NCBI GenBank assembly: GCA_016930235.1
Contig: JAFGHI010000015.1
Coordinates: 4,218 to 68,217, forward strand
Origin: Candidatus Omnitrophota bacterium
Lineage (GTDB): Bacteria; Omnitrophota; Omnitrophia; Omnitrophales; Aquincolibacteriaceae
Length of the DNA: 64,000 nucleotides
Direction: 5' to 3'
Of this stretch, positions 18,560 to 28,317 are shown piece after piece (within the stretch, counting starts at the first letter, position 1; every line of letters begins with the position of its first letter). The notes beneath the pieces are model-generated. The model made no database searches. It saw only the letters and a list, made by a program, of their open reading frames with translations, and was not told where the DNA came from. Both the position numbers and the translations under genes were made by a program.

Positions 18560-21181
18560 CTATTTCCCGGATCTTATGTTTTGTATCTTTGCAAGTAACG
18601 CTACGCGAACCTGTTCAACAAGTTGTTCCTTGCTTTCAAGTTCTTGGATTTTGGCTTGCGCCACTTTCTGCCAAGCTTCTTTTTGCGTTTCAAACTGGGT
18701 TTCTTTATTCTTTAAGGTATTCCAATGGTTTTCAAATTCTTTGATACGACGGTTGAGATCCTCTTCACGGTTTTGGAAATTCTTTTCGGTTTCCTTATTA
18801 TCTTGCTCCAATTTCTGCCGTTTCTCTTCAATCTCAACTAAGAGCGACTCGATCCTTTTCCGATCTACGCCGATAATTGCTTTCTCCCTCTGAAGTTGCA
18901 GAATTTTTTCACCGGCTTCCGACTTCAATTTTTCGTCACTAATCATCCGTTTGATTTCCTGCCAATCGTCTCTCTGTTTGGCAAAGAAGGCCTTCTCCCG
19001 TCTTAATTGGGCACTCGCCTTATCAAAACGAGCTGTCTTTTCTCTGATCCGTGTCTCCTGATTTTCTACTCTATTTTCGCGCTGTTTGAGTTGTTCTTTT
19101 TCGCGATCCAAGGCGCGGCGCTCAGTTTCAAGACCCACTTTTTCCTTTTCAACAGCAGCGACACGCGCTTTCAATTCTTCATAATTTTGCAATTGATTCT
19201 TAAGTGAGGATTCTTTGTCGGCAAGTGCCTTTTCTCGCACCCGAAGAGCCTCTTCTTCCTGTTTCTTTTCAGCTTGCAAAGACACACGCTCGGCTTTCAA
19301 AAGTTTTAATTGATCCGCCAGAGCTTGTTTTTCCTGCGCCATTTTCTTTCTAGCGTCATCAAAACTTGCATTCCGGGATTCCCATTCTTTCTTCTTCTCC
19401 TCCCAAGAATTGATTTCCGTACGATAATCATTCCATTTTTCATCCAGCACAGCTTTCTCGTTTTGTACGGTCTTGGCCCGCAAAACAAGACTTTCTTCCT
19501 CTTTTCTTTTCTCCGCCGCCCATAGACCTTGCTGCTCTTCAAAAGCTTGTTTCTGCTGATAAAGTTCGTTACGTGCACGGACAACGTCCTGTGCTTTTTG
19601 ATCAAGAGCTACCCTCTTGGCCTCAACCATCTCACGAAGCTTCTCAAGATCCTGCCTTTCCTTTTCCAATCCTTGGCGCATCACCCGAAGAGATTCCCGA
19701 TCTCTCTCCAATTCCTGGATCTGCCCCTCCAATGATTGAACTTTGAGTTCAAGCAACTTCTTTTCCTTCGAAACCCTGCCCTGCTCCAACATTCTTTCTT
19801 CTTCGATCGATCTTCGCTTAGCTTCAATCGCCGTCATGGCGCGCCGCATTTCTTCCCGTTCCAACGACATCGCTTTTCTTTCTTCCTCAAAAGCCATGAT
19901 CTTCTGCTGCCATTTCCCCCTTTCCTCATTCCATTGAGCGGCTTTCCCTTGAAACTCGCGAACACGGGATTCTAACAGCGTTTTTTGCTCCTGAAGTTTT
20001 TCAGCTCTCACCGAAATCTGGTTCAAGGCGTCATCTTTCTTCGAACCCCAAGCGCTTTGCATTTCCTGAAATTCTTGTTTTTCAGCTTGGATGCCTTTGC
20101 GGACGAGCGCCAATTCCTGAAGCTTCTCGTTTAACTCGCGCTCGCGCGCACTCAATGCTTCTTTTTCCTGATCCACCCCGGACATTCTCGCTTCAAATTC
20201 TCGCTCTCTATCTTTCAAGATCTGCCATTGTTTCTCCAATTGCTGACCCTTTACCTGCAACTCGCTAAAAGCAGCTTTCTTTTTTTCTCCCAAAATCTGC
20301 TGGGCCTCGTTTATTTTTCTCTGTTGCTCGTGAAGTTTTTCCCGCACCAAAACAAGATTCGAAACCTTCTCGCGAAGAGCCTCCTCCTTAAGTTGAATCT
20401 GCTTACGAGCTTCGCCCAGGTCCTTCACTTTCTGTCCCACATCTTGTTCTTTTACACTCAGGGCTTTTTCACGCTCCCCCAATTGGGTCATTGCACGCTC
20501 AATCGTTTTCGATTTTTCCTCGATTTCTCGCTCTTTTTGGGTGAGCCATTTTTCCTTCCGTTCAAGAGACTGCCTTTCTTTGTCAACGGAAGATTCGTAT
20601 TCCTTAAACTCATTGATCTTTTCCTGCATTAAAGGCCACTCGCGACGTACTTCCTGCGGGATCGACTTAACGGCCCTTTCTTCTTTGATCACGGAAGGCG
20701 CTTCGGGCCGGATAATGGTTTCATCAAGAATGGGTTTTGCCAAATCGCTCATCATGGAATCAAATTCGTTTTCCCACTGATCATCCAAAACACCTTCTGA
20801 AAAATCCGTCTCCCAAGGCTCAGGATCTCCGCTTTGCGGCATCACAACCCCTTGGAAGGCGCCTTTCATCTCATCCATTCGGGGGTCACTTTGCTTGGGG
20901 GCAGACTCTTTCCACCAAAAACTCTCGTTCTTCTGAGATTTGAAGGCCTCCATTTCTTCGGTAATCTGCTGAAGGGTTTTCGAGGGATCTGCGCTGTTGC
21001 CTTCGGCCATTTCCTGATTCTCTCTGGAAGGAACCTTGGGCCCGTCAAAACCAGAGGCAATTTGTTTGGCTATCTGCCGGCCGGCAATGACAGCTTGAAC
21101 AGGAACTTCGAAAACAAAACAAATGAAAACAAAACAGATAAGGGTACAAGTGAAAAGAAGAACCGGTGATCTCTTTTTCAT
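18560..21181 (-). CDS. Large exported coiled-coil protein (~870 aa)
   Basis: Signal peptide MKKRSPVLLF..VQA, acidic Pro-rich head, then ~700-aa coiled coil; start chosen at MKKR. Confidence 0.85.
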   Translation of the reverse strand: MKKRSPVLLFTCTLICFVFICFVFEVPVQAVIAGRQIAKQIASGFDGPKVPSRENQEMAEGNSADPSKTLQQITEEMEAFKSQKNESFWWKESAPKQSDPRMDEMKGAFQGVVMPQSGDPEPWETDFSEGVLDDQWENEFDSMMSDLAKPILDETIIRPEAPSVIKEERAVKSIPQEVRREWPLMQEKINEFKEYESSVDKERQSLERKEKWLTQKEREIEEKSKTIERAMTQLGEREKALSVKEQDVGQKVKDLGEARKQIQLKEEALREKVSNLVLVREKLHEQQRKINEAQQILGEKKKAAFSELQVKGQQLEKQWQILKDREREFEARMSGVDQEKEALSARERELNEKLQELALVRKGIQAEKQEFQEMQSAWGSKKDDALNQISVRAEKLQEQKTLLESRVREFQGKAAQWNEERGKWQQKIMAFEEERKAMSLEREEMRRAMTAIEAKRRSIEEERMLEQGRVSKEKKLLELKVQSLEGQIQELERDRESLRVMRQGLEKERQDLEKLREMVEAKRVALDQKAQDVVRARNELYQQKQAFEEQQGLWAAEKRKEEESLVLRAKTVQNEKAVLDEKWNDYRTEINSWEEKKKEWESRNASFDDARKKMAQEKQALADQLKLLKAERVSLQAEKKQEEEALRVREKALADKESSLKNQLQNYEELKARVAAVEKEKVGLETERRALDREKEQLKQRENRVENQETRIREKTARFDKASAQLRREKAFFAKQRDDWQEIKRMISDEKLKSEAGEKILQLQREKAIIGVDRKRIESLLVEIEEKRQKLEQDNKETEKNFQNREEDLNRRIKEFENHWNTLKNKETQFETQKEAWQKVAQAKIQELESKEQLVEQVRVALLAKIQNIRSGK

Positions 21182-21371
21182 AATCGACCTCGTCGATGGA
21201 AGGATAAAAACATTTTCTCGCTTTATGGGTTCGGTGTCGAGCCCTTTTTTGAATTTTGTTTGTTGGGTTCGTAATTCAATCTCATTAATACAATCGGCCA
21301 TTCCAATCACGAACCTTACTATGTTCTTTAAACGTTACCCTAGTCCTCAAAATACTTTCCGACTTGAAAGG

Positions 21372-21400
21372 TTGGCACCTCCCGGAAACATTGCTATAAT
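21372..21400 (+). promoter_or_regulatory. Sigma-70 promoter of tRNA-Arg
   Basis: TTGGCA-N17-TATAAT. Confidence 0.65.
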
Positions 21401-21418
21401 ACGCTTCCCATATTTTGA

Positions 21419-21492
21419 GCCCCTATAGCTCAAATGGATAGAGCATCTCCGTCCTAAGGAGAGGGTTGCATGTTCGAGTCATGCTGGGGGCA
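21419..21492 (+). tRNA. tRNA-Arg(CCT)
   Basis: GCCCCTATAGCTCAAATGGATAGAGC, TCTCC-GTCCTAA-GGAGA, GTTCGAGT. Confidence 0.92.
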
Positions 21493-21589
21493 CTTACCCC
21501 TTCTTGCCAAAAGAAAGAACACCGGAACGGATACCCAACTGGGAGAAGAATGACTTGATGATCTTCGTGAAGTTTTAAAGCTTAAGCCG

Positions 21590-22120
21590 CTAAAACTGAA
21601 TCAGTGAAAAAATATCATATTTTGATAGTTTTTCGCGGCCTTTGAGGAAAAGAAGCTCAACAAGGAAGACAATGCGGGCAACCTGCCCTCCCAACTTTTC
21701 AACCAACTCAGCTGCAGCTAACGCCGTTCCTCCCGTCGCCAAGAGGTCATCCACAACAATAACCCTGGCCCCTGATTCGATCGCGTCCTTATGGATCTCA
21801 AGCGTCGCCTCTCCGTATTCCAGTTGGTAGGAGATCTCCTCTGTCTGATAAGGAAGTTTCCCTTTTTTTCGGACAGGAATAAAACCCGCGCCCAAGCGAT
21901 AAGCTAAAACGGGGCTAAAAATAAACCCCCGCGACTCAATCCCCACCACATAACGAATATTGAGATCCTTTAAAGCATTCACCATCTCATCCAAGATGTG
22001 GCGGAAAACAACCGGATGTTTTAAAAGCGGCGTGATATCCTTAAAAACAATGCCTTTTTTAGGAAAATCGGGGATATCCCGCACAAAATTCTTGACCTCT
22101 TTATCATTGAGTTTGTTCAT
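21590..22120 (-). CDS. apt: Adenine phosphoribosyltransferase
   Basis: IPDFPKKGIVFKDIT, RKKGKLP, VDDLLATGGT. Confidence 0.96.
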   Translation of the reverse strand: MNKLNDKEVKNFVRDIPDFPKKGIVFKDITPLLKHPVVFRHILDEMVNALKDLNIRYVVGIESRGFIFSPVLAYRLGAGFIPVRKKGKLPYQTEEISYQLEYGEATLEIHKDAIESGARVIVVDDLLATGGTALAAAELVEKLGGQVARIVFLVELLFLKGREKLSKYDIFSLIQF

Positions 22121-23343
22121 GAGGTTAAATAATTCTCCAGCCGGTCGTTTTCTTCGGATAGACGCAACCGAATCTTTTTAAGCGCCGACGCTTCAATCTG
22201 CCGCACGCGTTCCCGGGTAATCCCAAACTGCTGAGCGACTTCTTCCAAGGTATGCTCTTCTTCTTTGCCCAAACCAAACCGCAAAACCAAAATTTTACGC
22301 TCCCTTTCATCCAAAGTATCCAACAACCTCTGAATCCGTTCGTCCTTAAAAATCTCGGCCATATAAGCGTCCGGCATATGGGATGAATCATCTTCGATAA
22401 GATCAATCAGTTCAGCGGTCCCATCCAAGCTGACAGGAGCATTCAGTGAACTCGGCTTGCCTGCGATATTTTCAATCTCTTTGACTTTATGAATTGAAAT
22501 CTGCATCACGTTGGCAATCTCTTTACGGGTCGGCGGACGGTTTAATTTCTGCGTCAACCCATCCCGGACTTTCCGCCACTTGGCAATGACATCGTACATG
22601 TAAACAGGAATCCGTATGGTTTTCCCTTGGTTCGAGAGTGACCTCATAATGGCCTGTTTGATCCACCAAGAAGCATACGTTGAGAAACGGTACCCCCGGT
22701 CAGGGTTGAATTTCGTCACTGCACGCATTAATCCGATATTCCCTTCTTCAACAAGATCCGAAAAAGACAACCCCATATTGGCGTATCGTTTCGCAATGGA
22801 GATCACCAAACGAAGATTCGACCGAATCATTTGGGAACGAGCTTGAATGGCACCGCGGCTCTTATCGCGTACCCTTTCGGAAAGAACGACCTCTTCTTCA
22901 GGAGTCAGCAAGGGAATATTCTCGATCTGATCGAGATAGATTTTCATGGGAGTCCGGTCAAGCGTTTGATCTTGGGAAGTACCGCCCTGAGTTTGGCTTT
23001 CGTCATCGGGTTCGCGACGGCGTCGGCGCCGCTCATCGGGAGCTTCTAGGACGGCTTCATTTCGAAGAATGTCCCGCGCTTCCTGCCTTAACGACTGTTC
23101 TGCCGTTTTCAGCGCCTCTTTTTCCTTTGAGGTTGCGCGGGTTTTACGGACACGCTGCCTTGCAGCTTCTCTTTCAACGCGCTTCTTTTCCTGCCGGGAC
23201 CGAATCAGGGATAAAACCTCAGCCAGCGTTTTTTTCTGAGGTTTCTTTTTTGAGCGCGGCGCCCGTCCCCGTCTTTTTCCAGACGCGGTTTGACGCCGAC
23301 TCTTAGTAGATTTCTTGTTTTTCCTGCGTTTTGACTGTCCCAT
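22117..23343 (-). CDS. RpoD/RpoS-family sigma-70 factor with a K/R-rich N-terminal extension
   Basis: NLRLVISIAKRY, RFSTYASWWIKQ, TRERVRQIE. Confidence 0.92.
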   Translation of the reverse strand: MGQSKRRKNKKSTKSRRQTASGKRRGRAPRSKKKPQKKTLAEVLSLIRSRQEKKRVEREAARQRVRKTRATSKEKEALKTAEQSLRQEARDILRNEAVLEAPDERRRRRREPDDESQTQGGTSQDQTLDRTPMKIYLDQIENIPLLTPEEEVVLSERVRDKSRGAIQARSQMIRSNLRLVISIAKRYANMGLSFSDLVEEGNIGLMRAVTKFNPDRGYRFSTYASWWIKQAIMRSLSNQGKTIRIPVYMYDVIAKWRKVRDGLTQKLNRPPTRKEIANVMQISIHKVKEIENIAGKPSSLNAPVSLDGTAELIDLIEDDSSHMPDAYMAEIFKDERIQRLLDTLDERERKILVLRFGLGKEEEHTLEEVAQQFGITRERVRQIEASALKKIRLRLSEENDRLENYLTS

Positions 23344-23359
23344 TCTCTCTCGTCAAAAA

Positions 23360-26041
23360 CTATTTTTTTTCGCGAATCACCGCTTGAGCCGCCGCTAACC
23401 TGGCAATCGGAACTCGATAAGGCGAACAGCTGACATAATTCATCCCCACGTGATGACAAAACTCAACCGATTCCGGATCACCGCCGTGCTCACCGCAAAT
23501 CCCAATTTTTAAATCTGGTCTAACTTTTCGACCTTTTTGAACGCCAAGTTGAACTAAAATCCCGACCCCCTCTTGGTCAAGGCTCTGGAAAGGATCTTTC
23601 TCATAAATCCCCTGAGCCACATATTCCCCGAGAAAAGACCCGGCATCATCACGCGAAAAACCTAAAGCCATTTGAGTCAAGTCATTGGTTCCAAACGAGA
23701 AAAATTCCGCGCTCTCGGCAATACGATCAGCCGTCAAAGCGGCCCGAGGAACTTCAATCATCGTCCCGATCATATAGTCGACCTTGGTCTTCTTCTCTTC
23801 AAAAACCTGAGCAATCACCTTTTCCACTTTCTCTTTAATAATATCGAATTCCTTCTTATGGCCCACGAGTGGGATCATGATCTCAGGAAGGACTTTAATC
23901 CCCTGCTTCTTGACATTGCATGCCGCTTCCACAATCGCCCGAACCTGCATTTCATAAATTTCAGGATAGGTGATGGCAAGACGGCATCCACGGTGCCCCA
24001 GCATCGGATTAAATTCGTGGAGGCTGTTGACTTTCTGCTTAACCGTTTCGGGAGACACCTTTAAGACTTCCGCCATTTCACGTTGATTTTCATCTTCGTG
24101 CGGCAAGAACTCATGGAGCGGCGGGTCCAGCAAACGAACCGTCACAGGAAGTCCCTTCATGGCCTTGAAGATCCCTTCAAAATCCGCACGCTGGATCGGA
24201 AGCAGCTTCTGCAGGGCTTTCTCCCGGCCTTCTTTATTTTCCGCAAGAATCATCTCCCGGACAGCGATAATCCGGTCCCCTTCAAAAAACATATGCTCGG
24301 TTCGGCAAAGCCCGATCCCTTCGGCTCCGAAATTCCTGGCAACCTCCGAATCTTTGGGCGTATCCGCATTCGTCCTAACCTTCAATTTGCGGAATTTGTC
24401 GGCCCATTTCATTAACTTGCCGAAATCCCCGGACAACTGGACCTCAACAGTATTAATTTTACCCGCATAAACCTCCCCCAATGTCCCATCGAGAGAAATA
24501 AATTCTCCCTCTTTAATCACCCGGTTTCCTATGCGGAATTCTTTCGCATCGTAATTGATCTTCATATCACCGGCGCCGGCAACACAACATTTTCCCATTC
24601 CGCGTGCCACAACGGCTGCATGGGAAGTCATTCCTCCGCGTGCCGTCAAAATACCTTTAGCAGCATCCATCCCGCCGATATCTTCAGGAGAAGTTTCAAT
24701 CCGAACCAGGATGACCTTTTCTCCTTTGGCGGTCCAGGCTTCAGCATCATCCGCATTAAAGACCACTTTCCCTGACGCCGCTCCCGGAGAAGCCGGAAGC
24801 CCTTTGACCAAAAAATCCCGTTTGGCTTTGGGATCAAAGGTCGGATGAAGTAACTGATCTAACTGTTTGGGGTCCACCCGCAAAATAGCTTCTTTCTCCG
24901 TCAGGACCCCTTCCTTCACAAATTCGACCGCAGTACGCACAGCCGCGTGGGCCGTTCTTTTTCCATTGCGCGTCTGCAGGAGAAACAGTTTCCCCTCTTG
25001 AATTGTAAATTCGATATCTTGCATATCGCGGTAATGTTTCTCCAGCCTTGCGCGAATCGCACACAGTTCTTTATAAATTACCGGCCAATGTTTTGCCATA
25101 TCGGAAAGAGGTTCGGGCGTCCGGATCCCTGCAACAACGTCCTCCCCTTGAGCATTGACTAAGAATTCACCGTAAAATTTGTTTTCCCCCGTTGATGGGT
25201 TGCGCGTAAAACAAACCCCCGTCCCGGAAGTATCACCCATATTTCCAAAAACCATGGCTTGGACGTTTACCGCCGTCCCCAACAATCCGCGGATTTCATT
25301 CAGTTGACGATACCGAATCGCGCGGGGATTATGCCACGAACTAAAAACAGCATTAATTGCCTTCGAAAGCTGCTCATAGGGGTCTGATGGAAATTCTTCG
25401 CCCGTTTCTTCCTGATAAACCTTCTTATATTGACGGACAATTTCCTTCAGATCATTGCCCGTGAGTTCCACATCCAACTTATACCCGCATTGTTCTTTTT
25501 TCTTCTCCAGAATGTGTTCAAATTTTTCGTGTTTCACATTCATCACGACGTTCCCGAACATCTGAATGAACCGGCGGTAAGCGTCCCAGGCAAAACGGTC
25601 GTTTTCTGTTTTGATGATGAGTCCCTGAACAACATCCGAATTAAGCCCAAGATTAAGAACTGTATCCATCATCCCCGGCATCGAGACAGCGGCCCCGCTT
25701 CGAACCGAAACTAGAAGTGGATTATCACGATCGCCAAAACCGGCACCCATCGAATGCTCAAGTTTTTTCATATTGTCTTTGATTTGTTCTTCTAAACCGG
25801 CAGGCCACTTTTTCCCCGATTGATAAAAAAGATCGCAGGTCTCTGTTGTAATGGTAAACCCGGAAGGCACAGGAATGTCAAGATTGGTCATCTCCGCCAA
25901 GTTGGCCCCTTTTCCACCCAGGAGCCCCTTCATCTTGGCGCTTCCTTCAGCTTTTCCACTCCCGAAAAAATAAACGTATTTAGACTTTTTTGTTTTGGAT
26001 GTCTTAGATGTCATCTTGCCCTTCCTTGTTAGTGTTTTCAT
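23360..26041 (-). CDS. ppdK: Pyruvate, phosphate dikinase
   Basis: LLGGKGANLAEM, GGMTSHAAVVARG, GIGLCRTEHMF; start 26041 or 26014. Confidence 0.96.
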   Translation of the reverse strand: MKTLTRKGKMTSKTSKTKKSKYVYFFGSGKAEGSAKMKGLLGGKGANLAEMTNLDIPVPSGFTITTETCDLFYQSGKKWPAGLEEQIKDNMKKLEHSMGAGFGDRDNPLLVSVRSGAAVSMPGMMDTVLNLGLNSDVVQGLIIKTENDRFAWDAYRRFIQMFGNVVMNVKHEKFEHILEKKKEQCGYKLDVELTGNDLKEIVRQYKKVYQEETGEEFPSDPYEQLSKAINAVFSSWHNPRAIRYRQLNEIRGLLGTAVNVQAMVFGNMGDTSGTGVCFTRNPSTGENKFYGEFLVNAQGEDVVAGIRTPEPLSDMAKHWPVIYKELCAIRARLEKHYRDMQDIEFTIQEGKLFLLQTRNGKRTAHAAVRTAVEFVKEGVLTEKEAILRVDPKQLDQLLHPTFDPKAKRDFLVKGLPASPGAASGKVVFNADDAEAWTAKGEKVILVRIETSPEDIGGMDAAKGILTARGGMTSHAAVVARGMGKCCVAGAGDMKINYDAKEFRIGNRVIKEGEFISLDGTLGEVYAGKINTVEVQLSGDFGKLMKWADKFRKLKVRTNADTPKDSEVARNFGAEGIGLCRTEHMFFEGDRIIAVREMILAENKEGREKALQKLLPIQRADFEGIFKAMKGLPVTVRLLDPPLHEFLPHEDENQREMAEVLKVSPETVKQKVNSLHEFNPMLGHRGCRLAITYPEIYEMQVRAIVEAACNVKKQGIKVLPEIMIPLVGHKKEFDIIKEKVEKVIAQVFEEKKTKVDYMIGTMIEVPRAALTADRIAESAEFFSFGTNDLTQMALGFSRDDAGSFLGEYVAQGIYEKDPFQSLDQEGVGILVQLGVQKGRKVRPDLKIGICGEHGGDPESVEFCHHVGMNYVSCSPYRVPIARLAAAQAVIREKK

Positions 26042-26192
26042 AATAGATTCCCCTTTCAAATGATGGCACCGGATAATTACGATGCTAAAATGAACTCAGG
26101 CTGGTCTTCTTGTGGAAGATTACCGCGTTCCCCAACGTTAATGATGATAATCACTTACAGCTATTATCACCGCGAACAAACGAGGTATTATA

Positions 26193-28307
26193 TCACTTCC
26201 CCTCTAATTTTGTAAGCAAAGAAAGATCGGCTGTTTTTTCAGCATAAAGACGGTTAATCTTTTTCATTAAGGCATGCCTGTTCAATCGTATTCCCGGGTC
26301 CTCCACATTGACGAGAACCGTCTCAAAAAAATCGTGAACCGTTTGATAGAAAACCTCTCCGAAAACAAGGGTCCCTTTCCGATAATCCTTCCTTTGAAGT
26401 ATCTCTCTGATCTCATCGGACTTGCTTTCGAATAAAGCAAAAAGTTTATGCTCAAGATCATGCTGAAATAATCCGGAATCAACTTTTTCGGGAACGCTTT
26501 CCTTAACCCCTTTTAAGATATTGGCGGTCCTTTCGACAACCTTAGCCGCTTTCAAAAAAGCCTCGGGATTTTTTTGATTCAATTCCAATAAAACATGATA
26601 ACGTTCAAAAACATCCGCAAGATCATCCGAAGAGGCCTCCCAAACAGCTTGGAAGATCTCCATCGACCGGTCCTGAAAATTTGTCTGCAGCTCAAACGCA
26701 ACTCTTTCCTTAAAAAAACCTGTTAACCGGCTTTTCAATTCCGGAAAATCCAGGCTGATGACCTTTCCGTACAACGAAGCCGATTCCTCGACCGCTTTCG
26801 ACAAAGAAAAATGAAATCGGAAAGCCCGAATAAGTTTAACCAAGATCCCGCCGGCGCGCCGAAGCGCAAAAGGGTCCTGACTGCCCGTCGGTTCGAGACC
26901 TGTCCCAAAAGCACCGACCACAAGATCCAAGCGGTCCAGGACCCCAAAAAGCCCGCCTAAGCGAGTCATGCTCGATGCTACTTCTTGAAAATCTTCGCTC
27001 AAATTCTTCGGTAAATATTGAGCCCCGATGGCTTTCGCAACACTTTCTTTCTCCCCGGCTTCCAGCGCATATTCCCGGCCGACAATCCCTTGAAGATCCG
27101 GGAATTCATAGACAAGTTGGGTCACCAAATCAATCTTAGAAAGTTTGGCGGCCCTTTTAAGGTCTTCCTGGAACTCCCCCAACCCGGTCATTTCACACAA
27201 ACGTTGCGCTAACTTCTCTAACCGGGCTGTCTTATCCCGCATCGTACCGAGTTTCCCCAAGTAGACAATCTGCTCCAGTAACGGCTCTTTCTTCCCAAGC
27301 GTTTCTTTGGTATCCGCATCATAGAAATACCTCGCGTCCTTCAGCCGGGATTCCAACACGTTTTCATAATCTGCCTTAATCTGGGAAAGCGCCCCGCGTT
27401 TACCATTCATCACGGCCACAAATTTACCGGTTGGGCGCTTCTTCAAGTCATAACACGCAAAGATCTTTTGATTCTTCTTCATGCAGCTGGCGAGAACCTC
27501 GGACGGAAGATCCAAATAGGACTTTGAAAACTTGCCCTCTAAAATAAAGGGTTCCTCCACAAGCTGGGCGGTCGTATGGACCAATTCCTCATCGATAAAT
27601 TTCTGTTGATATTTTCTGGCAAGGGCCTGTTCAATCACAGCTTTCCTTTTCTCCAAACTCAGGACGACATGATGTCTTTTAAGCAAGGATTCATAAGTTT
27701 TCCAGTCCGCTTTTTTCAGCGGAAAGGATTTGGGAGATAAGAATCTGTGGCCATAACTTTTGGCTTCGGCTTCCAAGCCGGCCAATTCGAAATTGACTTT
27801 CTTCTGATCCAATAAAGCAACGACCCAGCGGACCGGCCGGGGGAAGCGAAAACCGCTCGGTTCCCACCGCATGAGTTTGGGGAACGGCAACGTTGTAAAA
27901 ACTTCCGTCAAAAGAGAAGGAAGCAGTGAAACCATGAATTTCCCTTTTTCCTTCTTTTGAATAGCAACGAATTTCCCTTTCGGTGTTTCCCGGCTCTTGA
28001 CATCCTTTTCAGCCGCATTCTTGGCTTTCAAAAAACCTTGAAGGGCAGTTGTGGCTTTCCCCTCCGTATTGAAAGCCTTCTCCCACGATGGCCCCGTTAT
28101 CTCAAGTATTTGATCTTCCTGTTTGACGGGCAGGCCCGTTATCCATAAGGCGATACGTCGGGGAGTTGCCTCGACTTTGATTTCCTTTGGAGCAATTCTG
28201 TTTTCCCGAAAAACACTTCTAACCTTTTGCTCCAATTGCGAATAGATCACATCTAAGCTGGCCAGAGGCAATTCCTCGGTTCCGATTTCGACAAGAAGGT
28301 TGGGCAT
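26193..28307 (-). CDS. glyS: Glycine--tRNA ligase beta subunit
   Basis: LLVEIGTEELP, TPRR, EFPDLQG, GSQDPFALRR. Confidence 0.95.
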   Translation of the reverse strand: MPNLLVEIGTEELPLASLDVIYSQLEQKVRSVFRENRIAPKEIKVEATPRRIALWITGLPVKQEDQILEITGPSWEKAFNTEGKATTALQGFLKAKNAAEKDVKSRETPKGKFVAIQKKEKGKFMVSLLPSLLTEVFTTLPFPKLMRWEPSGFRFPRPVRWVVALLDQKKVNFELAGLEAEAKSYGHRFLSPKSFPLKKADWKTYESLLKRHHVVLSLEKRKAVIEQALARKYQQKFIDEELVHTTAQLVEEPFILEGKFSKSYLDLPSEVLASCMKKNQKIFACYDLKKRPTGKFVAVMNGKRGALSQIKADYENVLESRLKDARYFYDADTKETLGKKEPLLEQIVYLGKLGTMRDKTARLEKLAQRLCEMTGLGEFQEDLKRAAKLSKIDLVTQLVYEFPDLQGIVGREYALEAGEKESVAKAIGAQYLPKNLSEDFQEVASSMTRLGGLFGVLDRLDLVVGAFGTGLEPTGSQDPFALRRAGGILVKLIRAFRFHFSLSKAVEESASLYGKVISLDFPELKSRLTGFFKERVAFELQTNFQDRSMEIFQAVWEASSDDLADVFERYHVLLELNQKNPEAFLKAAKVVERTANILKGVKESVPEKVDSGLFQHDLEHKLFALFESKSDEIREILQRKDYRKGTLVFGEVFYQTVHDFFETVLVNVEDPGIRLNRHALMKKINRLYAEKTADLSLLTKLEGK

Positions 28308-28317
28308 GAAAGATCCT

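Noticed and set aside
14304-21310. SMC/ATPase or phage tape-measure interpretation of the coiled-coil genes
   Set aside because: No Walker motifs or hinge, both have signal-like N-termini, and there are no phage genes nearby
21419-21590. Genomic island integrated at tRNA-Arg (or at the other tRNAs)
   Set aside because: No integrase and no duplicated tRNA 3' end seen; flanking genes are housekeeping
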